A stretch of DNA of 64,000 bases. It comes from Spirochaetales bacterium (GTDB lineage: Bacteria; Spirochaetota; Spirochaetia; JABEVK01). Under the pieces are notes generated by a model, which saw only the letters and a program-made list of their open reading frames with translations, had not been told where the DNA came from and did not search any database. The position numbers were made by a program, and so were the translations under genes. The DNA lies in the NCBI GenBank assembly GCA_037142615.1, contig JBAXAI010000005.1:64001-128000 (forward strand), given 5' to 3'. Below are positions 1-10,459 of the stretch, one piece after another. Within the stretch, counting starts at the first letter, position 1, and every line of letters begins with the position of its first letter.

Positions 1-2097
1 CTCGGTATGGAACTGACCAAAGTTCGTCTGGATGCGCGTGGCGCTCGACTGAAGGTCCGAAGCGATGGCGTTGAGCTGGCGCGACGCGTTGTCGATCTCC
101 TGAAGGCCTTCGACCTGCTCCATGCTCGACTCGCGGTTCTTTTCCGAAGCTTGGCCCAGTTCGTCGAGCAGCCGCAAAACCTCGGCACCCTGCTGGGACT
201 GTTCGGCCAAGGCCTCCGACGTGGTGTCGGCCAACCGGCTGACCACGCCCACGGCCTCGAGAACCGACCGGTTGGCGTGACTCTGCTCGGCCATCGAAGC
301 GGCCAATTCGCGGGCGGCCTTTTGCAGTCCCGTAATTTCGTCGCGCAGAATGTCGAAAGCCTTCACGGTAATCAGCGTCAGGTCGCGGGTCTTCACGATC
401 CCGCTCTGCACTTCCTTGACGGTCTTCTGGATGGTCATGGCCCCGCCGGAACTGGTTTCGGCCAAACGGCGAATTTCTTCGGCCACCACCGCAAAGCCCT
501 TGCCGGCCTCGCCCGCGTGGGCGGCTTCGATGGCCGCGTTCATCGACAACAGATTGGTCTGCCCCGAGATGTCGGCGATCAGCGACGTCATTTCGCCAAT
601 GCTTTCGGCCAAGCCGGCCACGAGTTCGACGGTCTGGCTCAGGTTCTGGACCGACTCGGTACCCGAGCCGCTGGCCTCGCCGGCCTTTTCGGCGCTCTGG
701 CGGGTCTTCTCCGACAGCGAAGTGGTCGTCTCCAAGCTTGCCGAAATCTCTTCGACACCCGACGCGGCCGACTGCATTTGGGCCCGCATTTCGGCCGTCG
801 TCTCGTCGATTTTTCGGATCTGGCTCACAAAGTTCTCGACGACTTCCTTGGCCTTTTGATGGGCCAACAATTGCACCTGGCTGTTTTGAACGACCATCAC
901 ACCCGACGAGAAGATCTGGGCGGTCGAACTGGCCGATTGGGAGGTTTCGGCCACCAGGACGGCGCTGACTTCGGCAACCCTGCTGGCTTCGCCCTTGAGC
1001 CCTTCGATCAGTTCCCTGAGCCGGATGATGAAACGATTGAAGTGTCGCGAAAGGTCACCAATCTCGTCGGCCGGTCCGTCGGGAATTTGCACCGTCAGGT
1101 CGCCGGCGCCCTTCGACAACTGCTCCAGCGACGCCACAATGCGCACCAGGGGCCTCAGGATGGAGCGTGCAACCAAAATGGCTGTGACGATGGACAGCAC
1201 CAGCACGAGCAACAATACCGCAAGCTGGCCAAAAAAGGCTGACTGGCTCGCCGTCAATTCCGCTTGGGCACCGCTCACCACGGTCTTCTGAACCGTCTGG
1301 ATCAACCCCTGGATGACCGTGACCGTCGTCGTGGCTTGCGTGAAAAAGGCTGCGGAATCGAGGCCGAACTGACCCTGGGACGAAAGAAACTGCAGCGTCT
1401 GCCAGTCGTTCTCGATGGAAGACCACGCGGTCCCTGCCGTGTGAGACGACCAAAGCCCGGCGTCGGCGGTAGAAAGTCTTCCCAAAGTCAACTGCATCGA
1501 GGCGAACACGCTGGCATGCAACGTGCCGAGCCGAGACAACTCCTCGGGGTTGAGCGGGGTGTTGCGGCCGATGAGGCCTGCGCCAAGGCCCCGAAAGGCG
1601 GCGGCATTTTCTTTAGCCAGCTCGAGTTGATGCCAGGTCTGAAACCCGTCGCGCAAAAGGGCGGGCGCGGGTTCAAGGCTGACAGCTCCAAAGCGCGACA
1701 CGGCCTGACCGATCAATTCGGAATAGGCCGAAAAGCCCTGGAGCGCGGAAATACTGCCGGCATCGACTTTGGATCGGAGGGCGACGATCTGCTGATGGAG
1801 CGTGACGACTTCCGGTAGTGCCGAAGCACCGACCGCCGTATCGAGCACGGCCCGTTGTTTTTGAACCGGATCGAGGGTGCCATTGGACAATTGCGCGGTC
1901 AGGGTCAGCCCCCGCTCTTTTTGGCCCTCAAGAACAAACGCTGAAAGCTCACCAAGCCGTGCGGCGTTCTTCTGTGCTTCGCGGCCCTGCTGCCACGACG
2001 CAAAAGACTGCAAGCTCAGTAGCAAGCTGAAGGCAAAGATGGCCGCCAGAGGAAGCAGCAGCAACCCCAGAAGTTTGAGTCGGATGGAAAAACGCAT
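1..2097 (-). CDS. Methyl-accepting chemotaxis protein; 3' end runs off the window
   Basis: Translated by hand from ATG 2097 (GGAGG upstream): N-terminal [19 protein letters not shown], and the MCP signalling motif [34 protein letters not shown] near 470-570; no stop codon inside the window. Confidence 0.9.
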   Translation of the reverse strand, partial: MRFSIRLKLLGLLLLPLAAIFAFSLLLSLQSFASWQQGREAQKNAARLGELSAFVLEGQKERGLTLTAQLSNGTLDPVQKQRAVLDTAVGASALPEVVTLHQQIVALRSKVDAGSISALQGFSAYSELIGQAVSRFGAVSLEPAPALLRDGFQTWHQLELAKENAAAFRGLGAGLIGRNTPLNPEELSRLGTLHASVFASMQLTLGRLSTADAGLWSSHTAGTAWSSIENDWQTLQFLSSQGQFGLDSAAFFTQATTTVTVIQGLIQTVQKTVVSGAQAELTASQSAFFGQLAVLLLVLVLSIVTAILVARSILRPLVRIVASLEQLSKGAGDLTVQIPDGPADEIGDLSRHFNRFIIRLRELIEGLKGEASRVAEVSAVLVAETSQSASSTAQIFSSGVMVVQNSQVQLLAHQKAKEVVENFVSQIRKIDETTAEMRAQMQSAASGVEEISASLETTTSLSEKTRQSAEKAGEASGSGTESVQNLSQTVELVAGLAESIGEMTSLIADISGQTNLLSMNAAIEAAHAGEAGKGFAVVAEEIRRLAETSSGGAMTIQKTVKEVQSGIVKTRDLTLITVKAFDILRDEITGLQKAARELAASMAEQSHANRSVLEAVGVVSRLADTTSEALAEQSQQGAEVLRLLDELGQASEKNRESSMEQVEGLQEIDNASRQLNAIASDLQSSATRIQTNFGQFHTE

Positions 2098-2227
2098 AAG
2101 GCCCCCCTCCAACCATAGGCTTACGTAGGGGCATAAACAAGGACCGAGTCCACAGGACATCAAGAGGCGAAATATGTCCAATTTATTCATTCTTGCTTAT
2201 TGTGCGGGCCAGTCCTATATTTAGCCT

Positions 2228-3037
2228 ATGCGTAACTCCCAACTTTTCCGGGCAACGGCCCTGGTACTTCTGTTCTTGTTGGTTTCGTTCCTGTCAGCCC
2301 AGGAAGCCAAAGACGATTCGTCGAATACCATCGCGGCGTACGCCGTTGCGAAGGGTAAGCTGACCCTGGATTCCGAGTACCCCGTCACCGCGCCCGACAA
2401 AAAGGACCAAGCGACGATTTGGAAGGCCGTGACCACTTTGGTTCCACCGGCGCTGCTCAACCTCGTCACCCGGCTCGAGTTTTTCGAGGTTCCCGAAAGC
2501 GATGCCGCCACCGAAACCGATGGGTGGGCGTTACAGTCCGACGACAGCCAGAGCTTCACCCTCGGCCTGAGCATCACCAGTGCCAAGCTGGCATTTGTCG
2601 ACCGCGACGAGCAGGGACTCCCCGAGTTTGAGCAAACGATCATCCACGAGTTTGGCCATGTGCTCAGTTTCCGGGCCAGTCAGATGGACGAGAACGCCAC
2701 CGGCACGCTGCAGATCGAAGAGGGCACCCTCAAGTCCGACGGGTACCTCAACGTGTTCTACGAGAAGTTTTGGAAGAAGACCTACCCGAAGCACGGCACC
2801 GACGCCACCAGCGACGAAGAAGGCACCAAGTTGTACCTGACGGCACCAGCGTCTTTTGTCAGCGAGTACGCTGCCACCGGCCCCCTGGAAGACTTTGCTG
2901 AGTCGTTCGCGTGGTTTGTCACCAACGACAAGCCCAAGGGGAAAGACCTCAAGGACCAGAAGGTCCTTCAGTTCTACGCTTGGCCCGAACTCACCGGGTT
3001 CCGCGACCAATTCCGCAAGGGGCTCGCCAGCTTGTAG
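2228..3037 (+). CDS. Secreted putative zinc metallopeptidase (zincin-like)
   Basis: Signal peptide, HEFGH (HExxH) motif and downstream FVSEYAATGPLEDFAESF. Confidence 0.7.
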   Translation: MRNSQLFRATALVLLFLLVSFLSAQEAKDDSSNTIAAYAVAKGKLTLDSEYPVTAPDKKDQATIWKAVTTLVPPALLNLVTRLEFFEVPESDAATETDGWALQSDDSQSFTLGLSITSAKLAFVDRDEQGLPEFEQTIIHEFGHVLSFRASQMDENATGTLQIEEGTLKSDGYLNVFYEKFWKKTYPKHGTDATSDEEGTKLYLTAPASFVSEYAATGPLEDFAESFAWFVTNDKPKGKDLKDQKVLQFYAWPELTGFRDQFRKGLASL

Positions 3038-3050
3038 AACGAGGGGAGCG

Positions 3051-3073
3051 CCCCAGACCACGGTGGTTGGGGG
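3051..3073 (+). terminator. Possible terminator hairpin after the metallopeptidase gene
   Basis: Imperfect GC-rich inverted repeat CCCCAGACCAC..TGGTTGGGGG followed by a short T run. Confidence 0.4.
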
Positions 3074-3146
3074 CCCGCTTTCAAATCTCACACCTCAAGT
3101 TGGTTTCGTTAACCGGTTTTCTAGTTGATTGACGCAATGAAGCAAC

Positions 3147-3198
3147 TGGACAGCCGAGAAGTTTCGTCCTAGGCTGGACTCCATCGATGGAGGAGTCC
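3147..3198 (+). promoter_or_regulatory. Sigma70-type promoter with an overlapping palindrome, upstream of the GH94 operon
   Basis: TGGACA (3147-3152), 17 bp, TAGGCT (3170-3175); perfect palindrome CTCCATCGATGGAG (3179-3192) overlapping the GGAGGAG Shine-Dalgarno. Confidence 0.55.
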
Positions 3199-3202
3199 CG
3201 CC

Positions 3203-5713
3203 ATGTCAACTATAAAAAGCACCACCAACCCCTACGGCCATTTTGACGATGCTGCCCGCGAATACGTCATCACTCGCCCCGACACGCCGCTGCCGTGGCT
3301 GAATTACCTGGGGCAGGACGAGTTTTTTGGCCTGTGCACCAACACCGCCGGTGGCTACACGTTCTGGAAAGACGCGAAACTCCGCCGCCTGACGCGCTAC
3401 CGCTACAACAACCAGCCCTACGACCTGGGCGGACGCTACCTGTACGTCAACGATGCCGGTTCGGTGTGGAATCCGGGCTGGAAGCCGGTGAAGGCCAAGG
3501 TGGACCGCTACGAGTGCCGCCACGGTATGGGCTACACGACCATCGTGAGCGAAAAGGACGGTCTGTCGGTGAGCCAGACGATGTTCGTCCCGCCGGGTGA
3601 AAACCTTGAGGTTTGGAAGGTGGTGGTCAAGAACACCGGCAAGACCGCCAAGACCCCGAAAATCTATTCGCTGCAAGAGTTTGCGTTTTTTGAAGCGCTC
3701 AACGACATGACCAACTACCAGCGCACCTATTCCATCGGCGAGGTGGAGGTCGAGGGCGGCGCCATTTACCACAAGACGGAGTACCGCGAGCGACGCAACC
3801 ATTACACGCTGTTTGGCTGCACGGGCAACGTGACCGGCTTCGATACCAGCCGCGACGCGTTTGTGGGGGTACACGAAGGCTTCCACGAAGCGAAAGTGCC
3901 CTTTGCCGGCAAGGCGGGCAACTCCATGGCCTTTGGCTGGAACCCCATCGGCAGCCATGAGGTGACGCTGAGCCTGAAGCCTGGCGAGTCGGTCGAGTAC
4001 GCCTACATTTTGGCCTACGTGGATCACGATTTGCCCGGCGCTGACGGCAAAAAGTTCGCCGGCGAGAAGTTCACCGCGCCGTTCGTGATCAACAAAGCCC
4101 TGGGCAAGGACGTGATGAAGAAGTACGCCACGCCGGGCGCGGTCGATGCGGCGCTGGGTCGCTTGAAAGCGTATTGGGACAACAACTTGGGCAAGTTCCA
4201 GGTGACCAGCCCCGACCCGCACGCCAACCGCATGGCCAACATCTGGAACCAGTACCAGTGCATGGCCACGTTCAACATGAGCCGCTCGGCCAGCATGTAC
4301 GAAACCGGCATCGGCCGCGGCATGGGCTTCCGCGACTCGAACCAGGACCTGCTGGGCTTCGTGCACATGATTCCCAGCCGAGCCCGCGAGCGCATCCTCG
4401 ACATCGCCGCCACGCAGCTCAGCGATGGCACCTGCTACCACCAGTACCAGCCGCTGACCAAGAAGGGCAACGCCGACATCGGGGGCGACTTCTACGACGA
4501 CCACCTGTGGCTGGTGCTGTCGGTGGTGAGCTACATCAAGGAGTCGGGCGACTACGGGATTCTCGAGGCCAGCTGCGGATATGCTGATCAGCCTATCACC
4601 CCGGGGGCCGCAGGATATGCGGCCCAGCCTAACTTGCTGCACCATTTGGAAACCAGCATCGCGTACACCATGAAAAAGCGTGGCCCCCACGGTCTGCCCC
4701 TCATCGGCCACGCCGACTGGAACGACTGCCTCAACCTCAACTGCTTCAGCACCGAACCCAACGAGAGCTTCCAGACGGCCGGCGACGTGAAAGACAGCAA
4801 GGCCGAGTCGGTGATGATCGCCGGTCTGTTTCTGTACGCCGCGCGCGACCTCGCCGAGCTCTACACTGCCCTCAAGCGCCCCGCCGATGCCGAGCGCATC
4901 TCGAAGCAGCGGCTCGAAATGCTGGCCACTCTCGAAAGCGTCGCCTGGGACGGGGAATGGTACACCCGCGCCTACGACGCGCAAGGTGGCGTCATAGGCA
5001 GCAAGTCGAACACCGAGGGCAAGATCTTCATCGAGAGCCAGGGCTGGGCCGTCCTTGGTGGCGCGGGGGCCAGCAATGGCCGTGCCCGCCAAGCGATGGA
5101 GAGTGTTCACAAGCATCTGTATACCAAGAATGGAGTTGTTCTTCAGCAGCCGGCGTACTCCACCTACGACAAGAACCTCGGCGAAGTGACGAGCTACCCG
5201 CCGGGGGTCAAGGAAAACGCCGGTATCTTCAGCCACAACAACACGTGGATCCACCTGGGCTGGTGCTTGCTGGGCGAAGGCGAACGGGCGCTGGAATACT
5301 ACCACTCCATCTGCCCCTCGAAGAAAGAAGAGCAAATCGACACCTACCGTTCCGAACCCTACGTGTACGCGCAGATGACGGCGGGCAAGGATGCCCCCTG
5401 TTTCGGCGAGGCCAAAAACAGCTGGCTGACGGGTACGGCGGCGTGGACGTTTGTGGTGGTCAGCCAGGGTCTCTTCGGTATCAAGCCGACCTTTGCCGGA
5501 CTTCAGGTTGATCCGTGCATTCCCAAGGCGTGGCCGGGCTTCGAGGTGACCCGCCAATTCCGCGGCGACACGTATGCCATCACGGTGAAGAACCCGAAGG
5601 GCGTCAGCAAGGGCGTGAAGTCGCTGTTGTTGGACGGGAGGTCTGTCCCCGGCAATGTGATCCCCGTGGTCGGCGACGGCAAAACCCACAAGGTCGAAAT
5701 CAACTTAGGCTGA
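3203..5713 (+). CDS. GH94 cellobiose phosphorylase
   Basis: YGHFDDAAREYVIT start; GRGMGFRDSNQD; catalytic region HADWNDCLNLNCFS..PNESFQ; YPPGVKENAGIF; KNSWLTGTAAW. Confidence 0.9.
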   Translation: MSTIKSTTNPYGHFDDAAREYVITRPDTPLPWLNYLGQDEFFGLCTNTAGGYTFWKDAKLRRLTRYRYNNQPYDLGGRYLYVNDAGSVWNPGWKPVKAKVDRYECRHGMGYTTIVSEKDGLSVSQTMFVPPGENLEVWKVVVKNTGKTAKTPKIYSLQEFAFFEALNDMTNYQRTYSIGEVEVEGGAIYHKTEYRERRNHYTLFGCTGNVTGFDTSRDAFVGVHEGFHEAKVPFAGKAGNSMAFGWNPIGSHEVTLSLKPGESVEYAYILAYVDHDLPGADGKKFAGEKFTAPFVINKALGKDVMKKYATPGAVDAALGRLKAYWDNNLGKFQVTSPDPHANRMANIWNQYQCMATFNMSRSASMYETGIGRGMGFRDSNQDLLGFVHMIPSRARERILDIAATQLSDGTCYHQYQPLTKKGNADIGGDFYDDHLWLVLSVVSYIKESGDYGILEASCGYADQPITPGAAGYAAQPNLLHHLETSIAYTMKKRGPHGLPLIGHADWNDCLNLNCFSTEPNESFQTAGDVKDSKAESVMIAGLFLYAARDLAELYTALKRPADAERISKQRLEMLATLESVAWDGEWYTRAYDAQGGVIGSKSNTEGKIFIESQGWAVLGGAGASNGRARQAMESVHKHLYTKNGVVLQQPAYSTYDKNLGEVTSYPPGVKENAGIFSHNNTWIHLGWCLLGEGERALEYYHSICPSKKEEQIDTYRSEPYVYAQMTAGKDAPCFGEAKNSWLTGTAAWTFVVVSQGLFGIKPTFAGLQVDPCIPKAWPGFEVTRQFRGDTYAITVKNPKGVSKGVKSLLLDGRSVPGNVIPVVGDGKTHKVEINLG
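5637..5650 (-). repeat. GGGGACAGACCTCC motif copy, in frame in GH94 gene 1
   Basis: + strand GGAGGTCTGTCCCC, identical to 8072-8085 and 17814-17827. Confidence 0.7.
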
Positions 5714-5736
5714 ACAGCCTATTCCCGGAGGAACCT

Positions 5737-8148
5737 ATGGCAAACTGCGGCTATTTTGACGACGCGAAACGCGAGTATGTGATCACTACGCCCTTCACGC
5801 CGGTGAAGTGGATCAACTATGTCGGCACGCTGGCCTTTGGTGGCATCGTGGACCACACGGGGGGAGCGCTGATCTGCCAGGGCGACCCGGCCAACAACCG
5901 GCTCACCAAGTACCTTCCGCAGCTGCCGGCCTCGGACTTCCGGGGAAGCACGATCTACGTGCGCGTGGGGACAGACCTCTGGAGTCCCTTCTATACGCCG
6001 GTTCTGGCGAAGCTCGACAAGTGGGAGTGCCGCGTGGGGCTCGGGTACAACACCTGGGTCGCCGAGCGCGGCGGGGTCCGGCTCACGGTGAAAGTCTACG
6101 TCGCGAGCGGCGACGCCGCGTCGCCCGGGACCTATGTGCAAGACGTCACCGTCGAGAACATTGCGGGTCGCCCGCTGACCATCGATGTGATTCCCGTGGT
6201 CGAGTTCACCCATTTCGACGCGCTCAAACAGCTCACCAACGCCGACTGGGTACCGCAAACCATGACGGTGAAGGCCCACCAATTGGCGGGCGTGACGGTG
6301 CTCGAGCAGTACGCCTTCATGAAGCGCGACCTCGCCGTCAATTGGTTTGCCACCACGCTTCCGGCGACCAGTTTCGACAGCGACCGCAAGGTCTTTTTGG
6401 GCCACAACGAGTACGGCAGCTGGGCGCACCCCGGCGCGCTCGACCAACCGCAACTGAACAACTCCACTGCGTTGCGGGGCGACAACATCGGTGCCTTGCA
6501 AGTGAGTCTCGGGACTCTTGCGCCCGGTTCTTCGAAGCGGTTCGCCGCCTTACTCGGCCAGACCGCCAAAATTGCGGATGCCGCGGCGGTCATCACCAAG
6601 CTGAGCAACCTCGCCCACCTGGACGCCAACCTGAAGACCCTGGCCGCCGGTTGGGCCACCTTCCTCGACGTGCTGACGGTGAAAACCCCCGACGCCGCGT
6701 TTGATTCCATGGTCAACGTGCACAACCCGCGCCAGTGCCACACCACCAAGAACTGGAGCCGCGACCTGTCGCTCTATCAGCTCGGCTTGGGCGGGCGCGG
6801 CATGGGCTACCGCGATTCCAGCCAGGACGTGCTCGGCGCCATGACGCTCATGCCCGGCGAGTGCCGCGTCTTGATCGAGAAAATCCTCTCGGTGCAGAAG
6901 CGCGAAGGCAACGCCATGCATCAGTTCTACCCGCTGACCATGGAAGCGTCGGTGGGCGACAGCCACGAGTACCCCGACCGCCCCCACTGGTACGGCGACG
7001 ACCACCTGTGGCCCGTTTTCAGCGTGGCCGCTTACCTGCGCGAAACCGGCGACCTAGCGTGGCTCGATAAGAGCCTGCCCTTCTACGAAAAGGACGCCGC
7101 CAAGAAGCCCTTCGAGGCGGCTTCGATTTACGAGCACCTGAAACGCGCCGTCGAGTTTACGCGCACTCACGTAGGCGCCCACGGCCTGCCCCTGCTGGGG
7201 TTCGCCGACTGGAACGACACCGTCAACCTGCCCACGGGCGCCGAAAGCCTGTTCATTGCCAACCAGTACGGCAAGGCCGTTCGCGACCTGCAGGAAATCG
7301 CCCGCGCGCGTGGCGACCACGCCTACGCCACCGAGTTGGAAGCGGCGTGGACCACCATGCGCGACGCCTTCGAGAAGGCCGGCTGGGACGGCGAGTGGTA
7401 CGTGCGCTACTTCAAGGCCGACGGTTCGCCCATCGGCAGCCACAACGCCGACAAGGGCAAAATCTGGATCAACAGCAACACGTGGGCCGTGCTGTCGGGG
7501 TTTGCCTCGGCTGACCGAGCGGCCACGGCCCTCGAATCGGTCAACAAGCACCTGAACACCAAGTACGGCCTCAAACTCTCGGCGCCGGGCTACAACGGCT
7601 TTGACCGCGACATCGGCGGCGTCACCACCTACCCGCCGGGAGCCAAAGAGAACGGCGGCATCTTTTTGCACACCAACCCGTGGGCCATGATCGCCGAAAC
7701 GCTGATGGGCAATGGCGACCGCGCCCACCAGTACTACACGGCAATCAACCCAGCCGCCAAAAACGACGTGATTGGGATGTACGAGGCCGAACCCTACTGC
7801 TACCCGCAGAACATTCTGGGCGACGAGCACCCGCAGTTCGGGCTCGCCCGCAACACGTGGCTTTCGGGCACCTCAAGCTGGACGTACGTGGCCAGCACGC
7901 AGTTCATTTTGGGTGTGAGGCCCGAGATCGAAGGCCTGCGCGTCGATCCGTGTATTCCCAAGGCGTGGCCGGGCTTCGAGGTGACGCGGCAGTTTCGGGG
8001 CGCGAGGTACCACATCACCGTGAAAAATCCTCGCGGTGTGAGCAAGGGCGTGGTGGCGATGACGTTGGATGGGAGGTCTGTCCCCGGCAACCTCATCCCC
8101 TGCGTGGACGATCGCCAACAGCACGTGGTCGAAATCACCCTCGGCTGA
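5737..8148 (+). CDS. Second GH94 glycoside phosphorylase (cellodextrin- or chitobiose-phosphorylase-like)
   Basis: ATG 5737 after GGAGGA; GYFDDAKREYVIT; GMGYRDSSQD; FADWNDTVN; YPPGAKENGGIF. Confidence 0.85.
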   Translation: MANCGYFDDAKREYVITTPFTPVKWINYVGTLAFGGIVDHTGGALICQGDPANNRLTKYLPQLPASDFRGSTIYVRVGTDLWSPFYTPVLAKLDKWECRVGLGYNTWVAERGGVRLTVKVYVASGDAASPGTYVQDVTVENIAGRPLTIDVIPVVEFTHFDALKQLTNADWVPQTMTVKAHQLAGVTVLEQYAFMKRDLAVNWFATTLPATSFDSDRKVFLGHNEYGSWAHPGALDQPQLNNSTALRGDNIGALQVSLGTLAPGSSKRFAALLGQTAKIADAAAVITKLSNLAHLDANLKTLAAGWATFLDVLTVKTPDAAFDSMVNVHNPRQCHTTKNWSRDLSLYQLGLGGRGMGYRDSSQDVLGAMTLMPGECRVLIEKILSVQKREGNAMHQFYPLTMEASVGDSHEYPDRPHWYGDDHLWPVFSVAAYLRETGDLAWLDKSLPFYEKDAAKKPFEAASIYEHLKRAVEFTRTHVGAHGLPLLGFADWNDTVNLPTGAESLFIANQYGKAVRDLQEIARARGDHAYATELEAAWTTMRDAFEKAGWDGEWYVRYFKADGSPIGSHNADKGKIWINSNTWAVLSGFASADRAATALESVNKHLNTKYGLKLSAPGYNGFDRDIGGVTTYPPGAKENGGIFLHTNPWAMIAETLMGNGDRAHQYYTAINPAAKNDVIGMYEAEPYCYPQNILGDEHPQFGLARNTWLSGTSSWTYVASTQFILGVRPEIEGLRVDPCIPKAWPGFEVTRQFRGARYHITVKNPRGVSKGVVAMTLDGRSVPGNLIPCVDDRQQHVVEITLG
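5967..5979 (+). repeat. GGGGACAGACCTC motif copy, in frame in GH94 gene 2
   Basis: Reverse complement of the 5637 and 8072 copies. Confidence 0.7.
8072..8085 (-). repeat. GGGGACAGACCTCC motif copy at the 3' end of GH94 gene 2
   Basis: + strand GGAGGTCTGTCCCC. Confidence 0.7.
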
Positions 8149-8167
8149 GGTTAACAAGGCCACCCAG

Positions 8168-8196
8168 TGGACAATAGGGGCCAAATCCCCTAGAAT
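8168..8196 (+). promoter_or_regulatory. Sigma70-type promoter for the kinase/AraC genes
   Basis: TGGACA, 17 bp, TAGAAT. Confidence 0.55.
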
Positions 8197-8209
8197 CGGG
8201 GCAAAACCG

Positions 8210-9523
8210 ATGAAAAAAGGCACCTTCCAACTCCCTGGGGTTCCCAGCGCTGAGGCCCCCTTCGTGCTCTCGGCGCTCGGTGAGTCCAACTTCGGCCGCC
8301 TCCGGTTCGCTAGCGGGATCGGTGCCACCGTCGATCTGGTTCACGTCGTACTATTTGCCCTGGGCCTTGGGACCGGGACCGCGATCGAGGACCTGTGGCG
8401 GTGGGGCATCATCGTCTGCCACAGTGTTCTCTGCCTGTTATTTGTCTCGGTCGGCGTGTTTTCGTGGCGGCGCAAGAGCAGGCCAAGCTCGAACCAACAG
8501 GCGGCGACACTCTTCGTCCACTCGTTCTACTTCGTCTTTCTCTTGGCCGGTGTGGGCATCGCGCTCGTCGATCAGCTTGTCGCTACGGCAGTGACGCCCT
8601 ACATCGTGGTGAGTTTTCTGGTGCCCCTCGTCGTGCAGCTCCCGCCCCGGGGACCCATCGTCTACCACACGGTGTCGTTTCTCGTCTTCGCCGGATTGCT
8701 GGGTTTGGTGCAGACAGACCACAACGTCCTGCTTTCCAACCAGGTACAGGGGTTCACCGCGCTGGGCGTGGGGATCTTCCTCAACGTGCTGTTGTGGCGC
8801 GTGAATCGAAACCGCATCCTGCAGGATAAGAAGATCGAGCGGCAGACTCAGGAACTCCTGGAAATCAACACTACCAAGGACAAGCTCTTTTCCATCATCG
8901 CCCACGACCTGCGTGGCCCGCTGGGCGGGTTCATGGCACTGCTGGAAATGCTCAAAGAGAAAGAGAGTCAGGCCTCGAAGCAGGAATACGACGAGGCGCT
9001 GGAGCTGCTCCGTCACTCCTCGGTGGCTGTGTTCGGCCTGCTCGAGAACCTGCTGAAGTGGTCCAAAGTGCAGCAGAATCTCATCGTGGTACGGCCCGTT
9101 GAGGTCGTTTTGGGCCCGTTCCTCGAGTCGGTGTGGCGGCCAATGGAGGGGGCTGTGGCGCTCAGTCGCCTGCAGGTCAACATCTCGTGCGCACCGGATT
9201 TGACCTGCCGGGTCGACCCCGAAGTTCTGGCGACCATCCTGCGGAACCTGCTTTCGAACGCGGTCCAATTCACCCCGCCTGGCGGCCGAATCGACCTCGA
9301 AGCAAGAGTCGAGGGCACTACGCCCGCGTTGGTCCTTTTCGAATGCCGCGACTCCGGGGTGGGAATGACGCCCTCGGAGCAAGAAGACCTGTTCAAAGTG
9401 GGACTCAAGTCGGGCCTGGGTCTCACCCTCAGCCGGGACTTTGCGCGGATGCTCGGTGCAGAGCTTCGCGTGGAAAGCACCCCAGGTGTCGGCACGCGCT
9501 TCTGGTTTGCCATTCCGAAATGA
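8210..9523 (+). CDS. Membrane sensor histidine kinase (HisKA + HATPase_c)
   Basis: Several TM helices; TKDKLFSIIAHDLRGPL H-box; RNLLSNA N-box; DSGVGM; GLGL. Confidence 0.85.
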   Translation: MKKGTFQLPGVPSAEAPFVLSALGESNFGRLRFASGIGATVDLVHVVLFALGLGTGTAIEDLWRWGIIVCHSVLCLLFVSVGVFSWRRKSRPSSNQQAATLFVHSFYFVFLLAGVGIALVDQLVATAVTPYIVVSFLVPLVVQLPPRGPIVYHTVSFLVFAGLLGLVQTDHNVLLSNQVQGFTALGVGIFLNVLLWRVNRNRILQDKKIERQTQELLEINTTKDKLFSIIAHDLRGPLGGFMALLEMLKEKESQASKQEYDEALELLRHSSVAVFGLLENLLKWSKVQQNLIVVRPVEVVLGPFLESVWRPMEGAVALSRLQVNISCAPDLTCRVDPEVLATILRNLLSNAVQFTPPGGRIDLEARVEGTTPALVLFECRDSGVGMTPSEQEDLFKVGLKSGLGLTLSRDFARMLGAELRVESTPGVGTRFWFAIPK

Positions 9524-10416
9524 CCATCCTCGATGTCGTTTTTCTCTACCAGTTGAAAGAGGACCAAATGGTGCGCTGGCATTCGCGGCGCCACGCGCAC
9601 CCGGCCGGCCAGTACGAGTTTCACTACTTCGTGGGAGGCAAAGGGTCGTTCCAGCAGGGAGGGTTTTCGCATCCGCTGCAGGGTGGCCAACTGTTCCTCT
9701 CGTGTCCCGGTGAGTTTCACGAAATCCGCGTCACCGATCTGGCCCACCCGATCAGCTATTATGCCCTGCTCTTTCAGGTCAGCCCCGACGACGAGCTGGC
9801 CCCGGTACTGGCCGAGCCCGCGTTCCGGGCCTCGTTCCCGGTGAAAATCGGCACCAATCAGCGGCTGTTTTTCGAAGACGCGAAGGCCAAGTTCGCGCTG
9901 CATGACAACCCTTCGCGGGGGCGGGCGGCCAGTTTGCGCCTCGAGGCCTTTGTGCACGACTTGCGCGCGGATATGGCCGCGCCCGCTGAACTGGTCCCCT
10001 CGGGGCCGTTCAACCTGCACGTCGAACAGGCGCTGGGTCTGCTGCAGGCGGGCGTGTTCCAAAACCTTTCGCTGGCCGACATCTGCGGGCCGCTCCAGCT
10101 AACCGAGGAGCACCTCATCCGGCTCTTCCGCAAGCACCTTAACTTAACTCCCATGAAGTACTTGCAAGTGCTCAAGCTCGAGACCTCGATGTCGCTGCTG
10201 CTCAATACCAGCCTGTCGGTCAAAGAGATCGCGTACAAGCTCGGCTACCCCAACCAGTTCCTCTTCAGCCGCAATTTTCGGGCCCATACGGGGGTACCAC
10301 CCACCGAATACAAGCGCCTGTACTTTGCCGGGAATACCGACAAGTATCACCTGAAGATCCTCGACACTAGCGAGCCGAGATCAATTTCCGATATATCAGG
10401 GCAAACAAGGGCATAA
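9520..10416 (+). CDS. AraC-family transcriptional regulator
   Basis: ATGA overlap with the kinase; cupin HAH..YEFHY; C-terminal HTH SVKEIAYKLGYPNQFLFSRNFRAHTGVPPTEY. Confidence 0.9.
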   Translation: MTILDVVFLYQLKEDQMVRWHSRRHAHPAGQYEFHYFVGGKGSFQQGGFSHPLQGGQLFLSCPGEFHEIRVTDLAHPISYYALLFQVSPDDELAPVLAEPAFRASFPVKIGTNQRLFFEDAKAKFALHDNPSRGRAASLRLEAFVHDLRADMAAPAELVPSGPFNLHVEQALGLLQAGVFQNLSLADICGPLQLTEEHLIRLFRKHLNLTPMKYLQVLKLETSMSLLLNTSLSVKEIAYKLGYPNQFLFSRNFRAHTGVPPTEYKRLYFAGNTDKYHLKILDTSEPRSISDISGQTRA

Positions 10417-10459
10417 GGACTGCACCCCCGAAATCGGCGCGAGGGTATAGGCTGAGGGC

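Noticed and set aside
3206-5689. Very long antisense or alternative-frame ORFs (e.g. 7-1242, 3206-5689, 11983-13317, 21112-22854, 43101-44789)
   Set aside because: Shadow ORFs expected from strong GC3 bias; no recognisable domains, and they overlap well-supported genes
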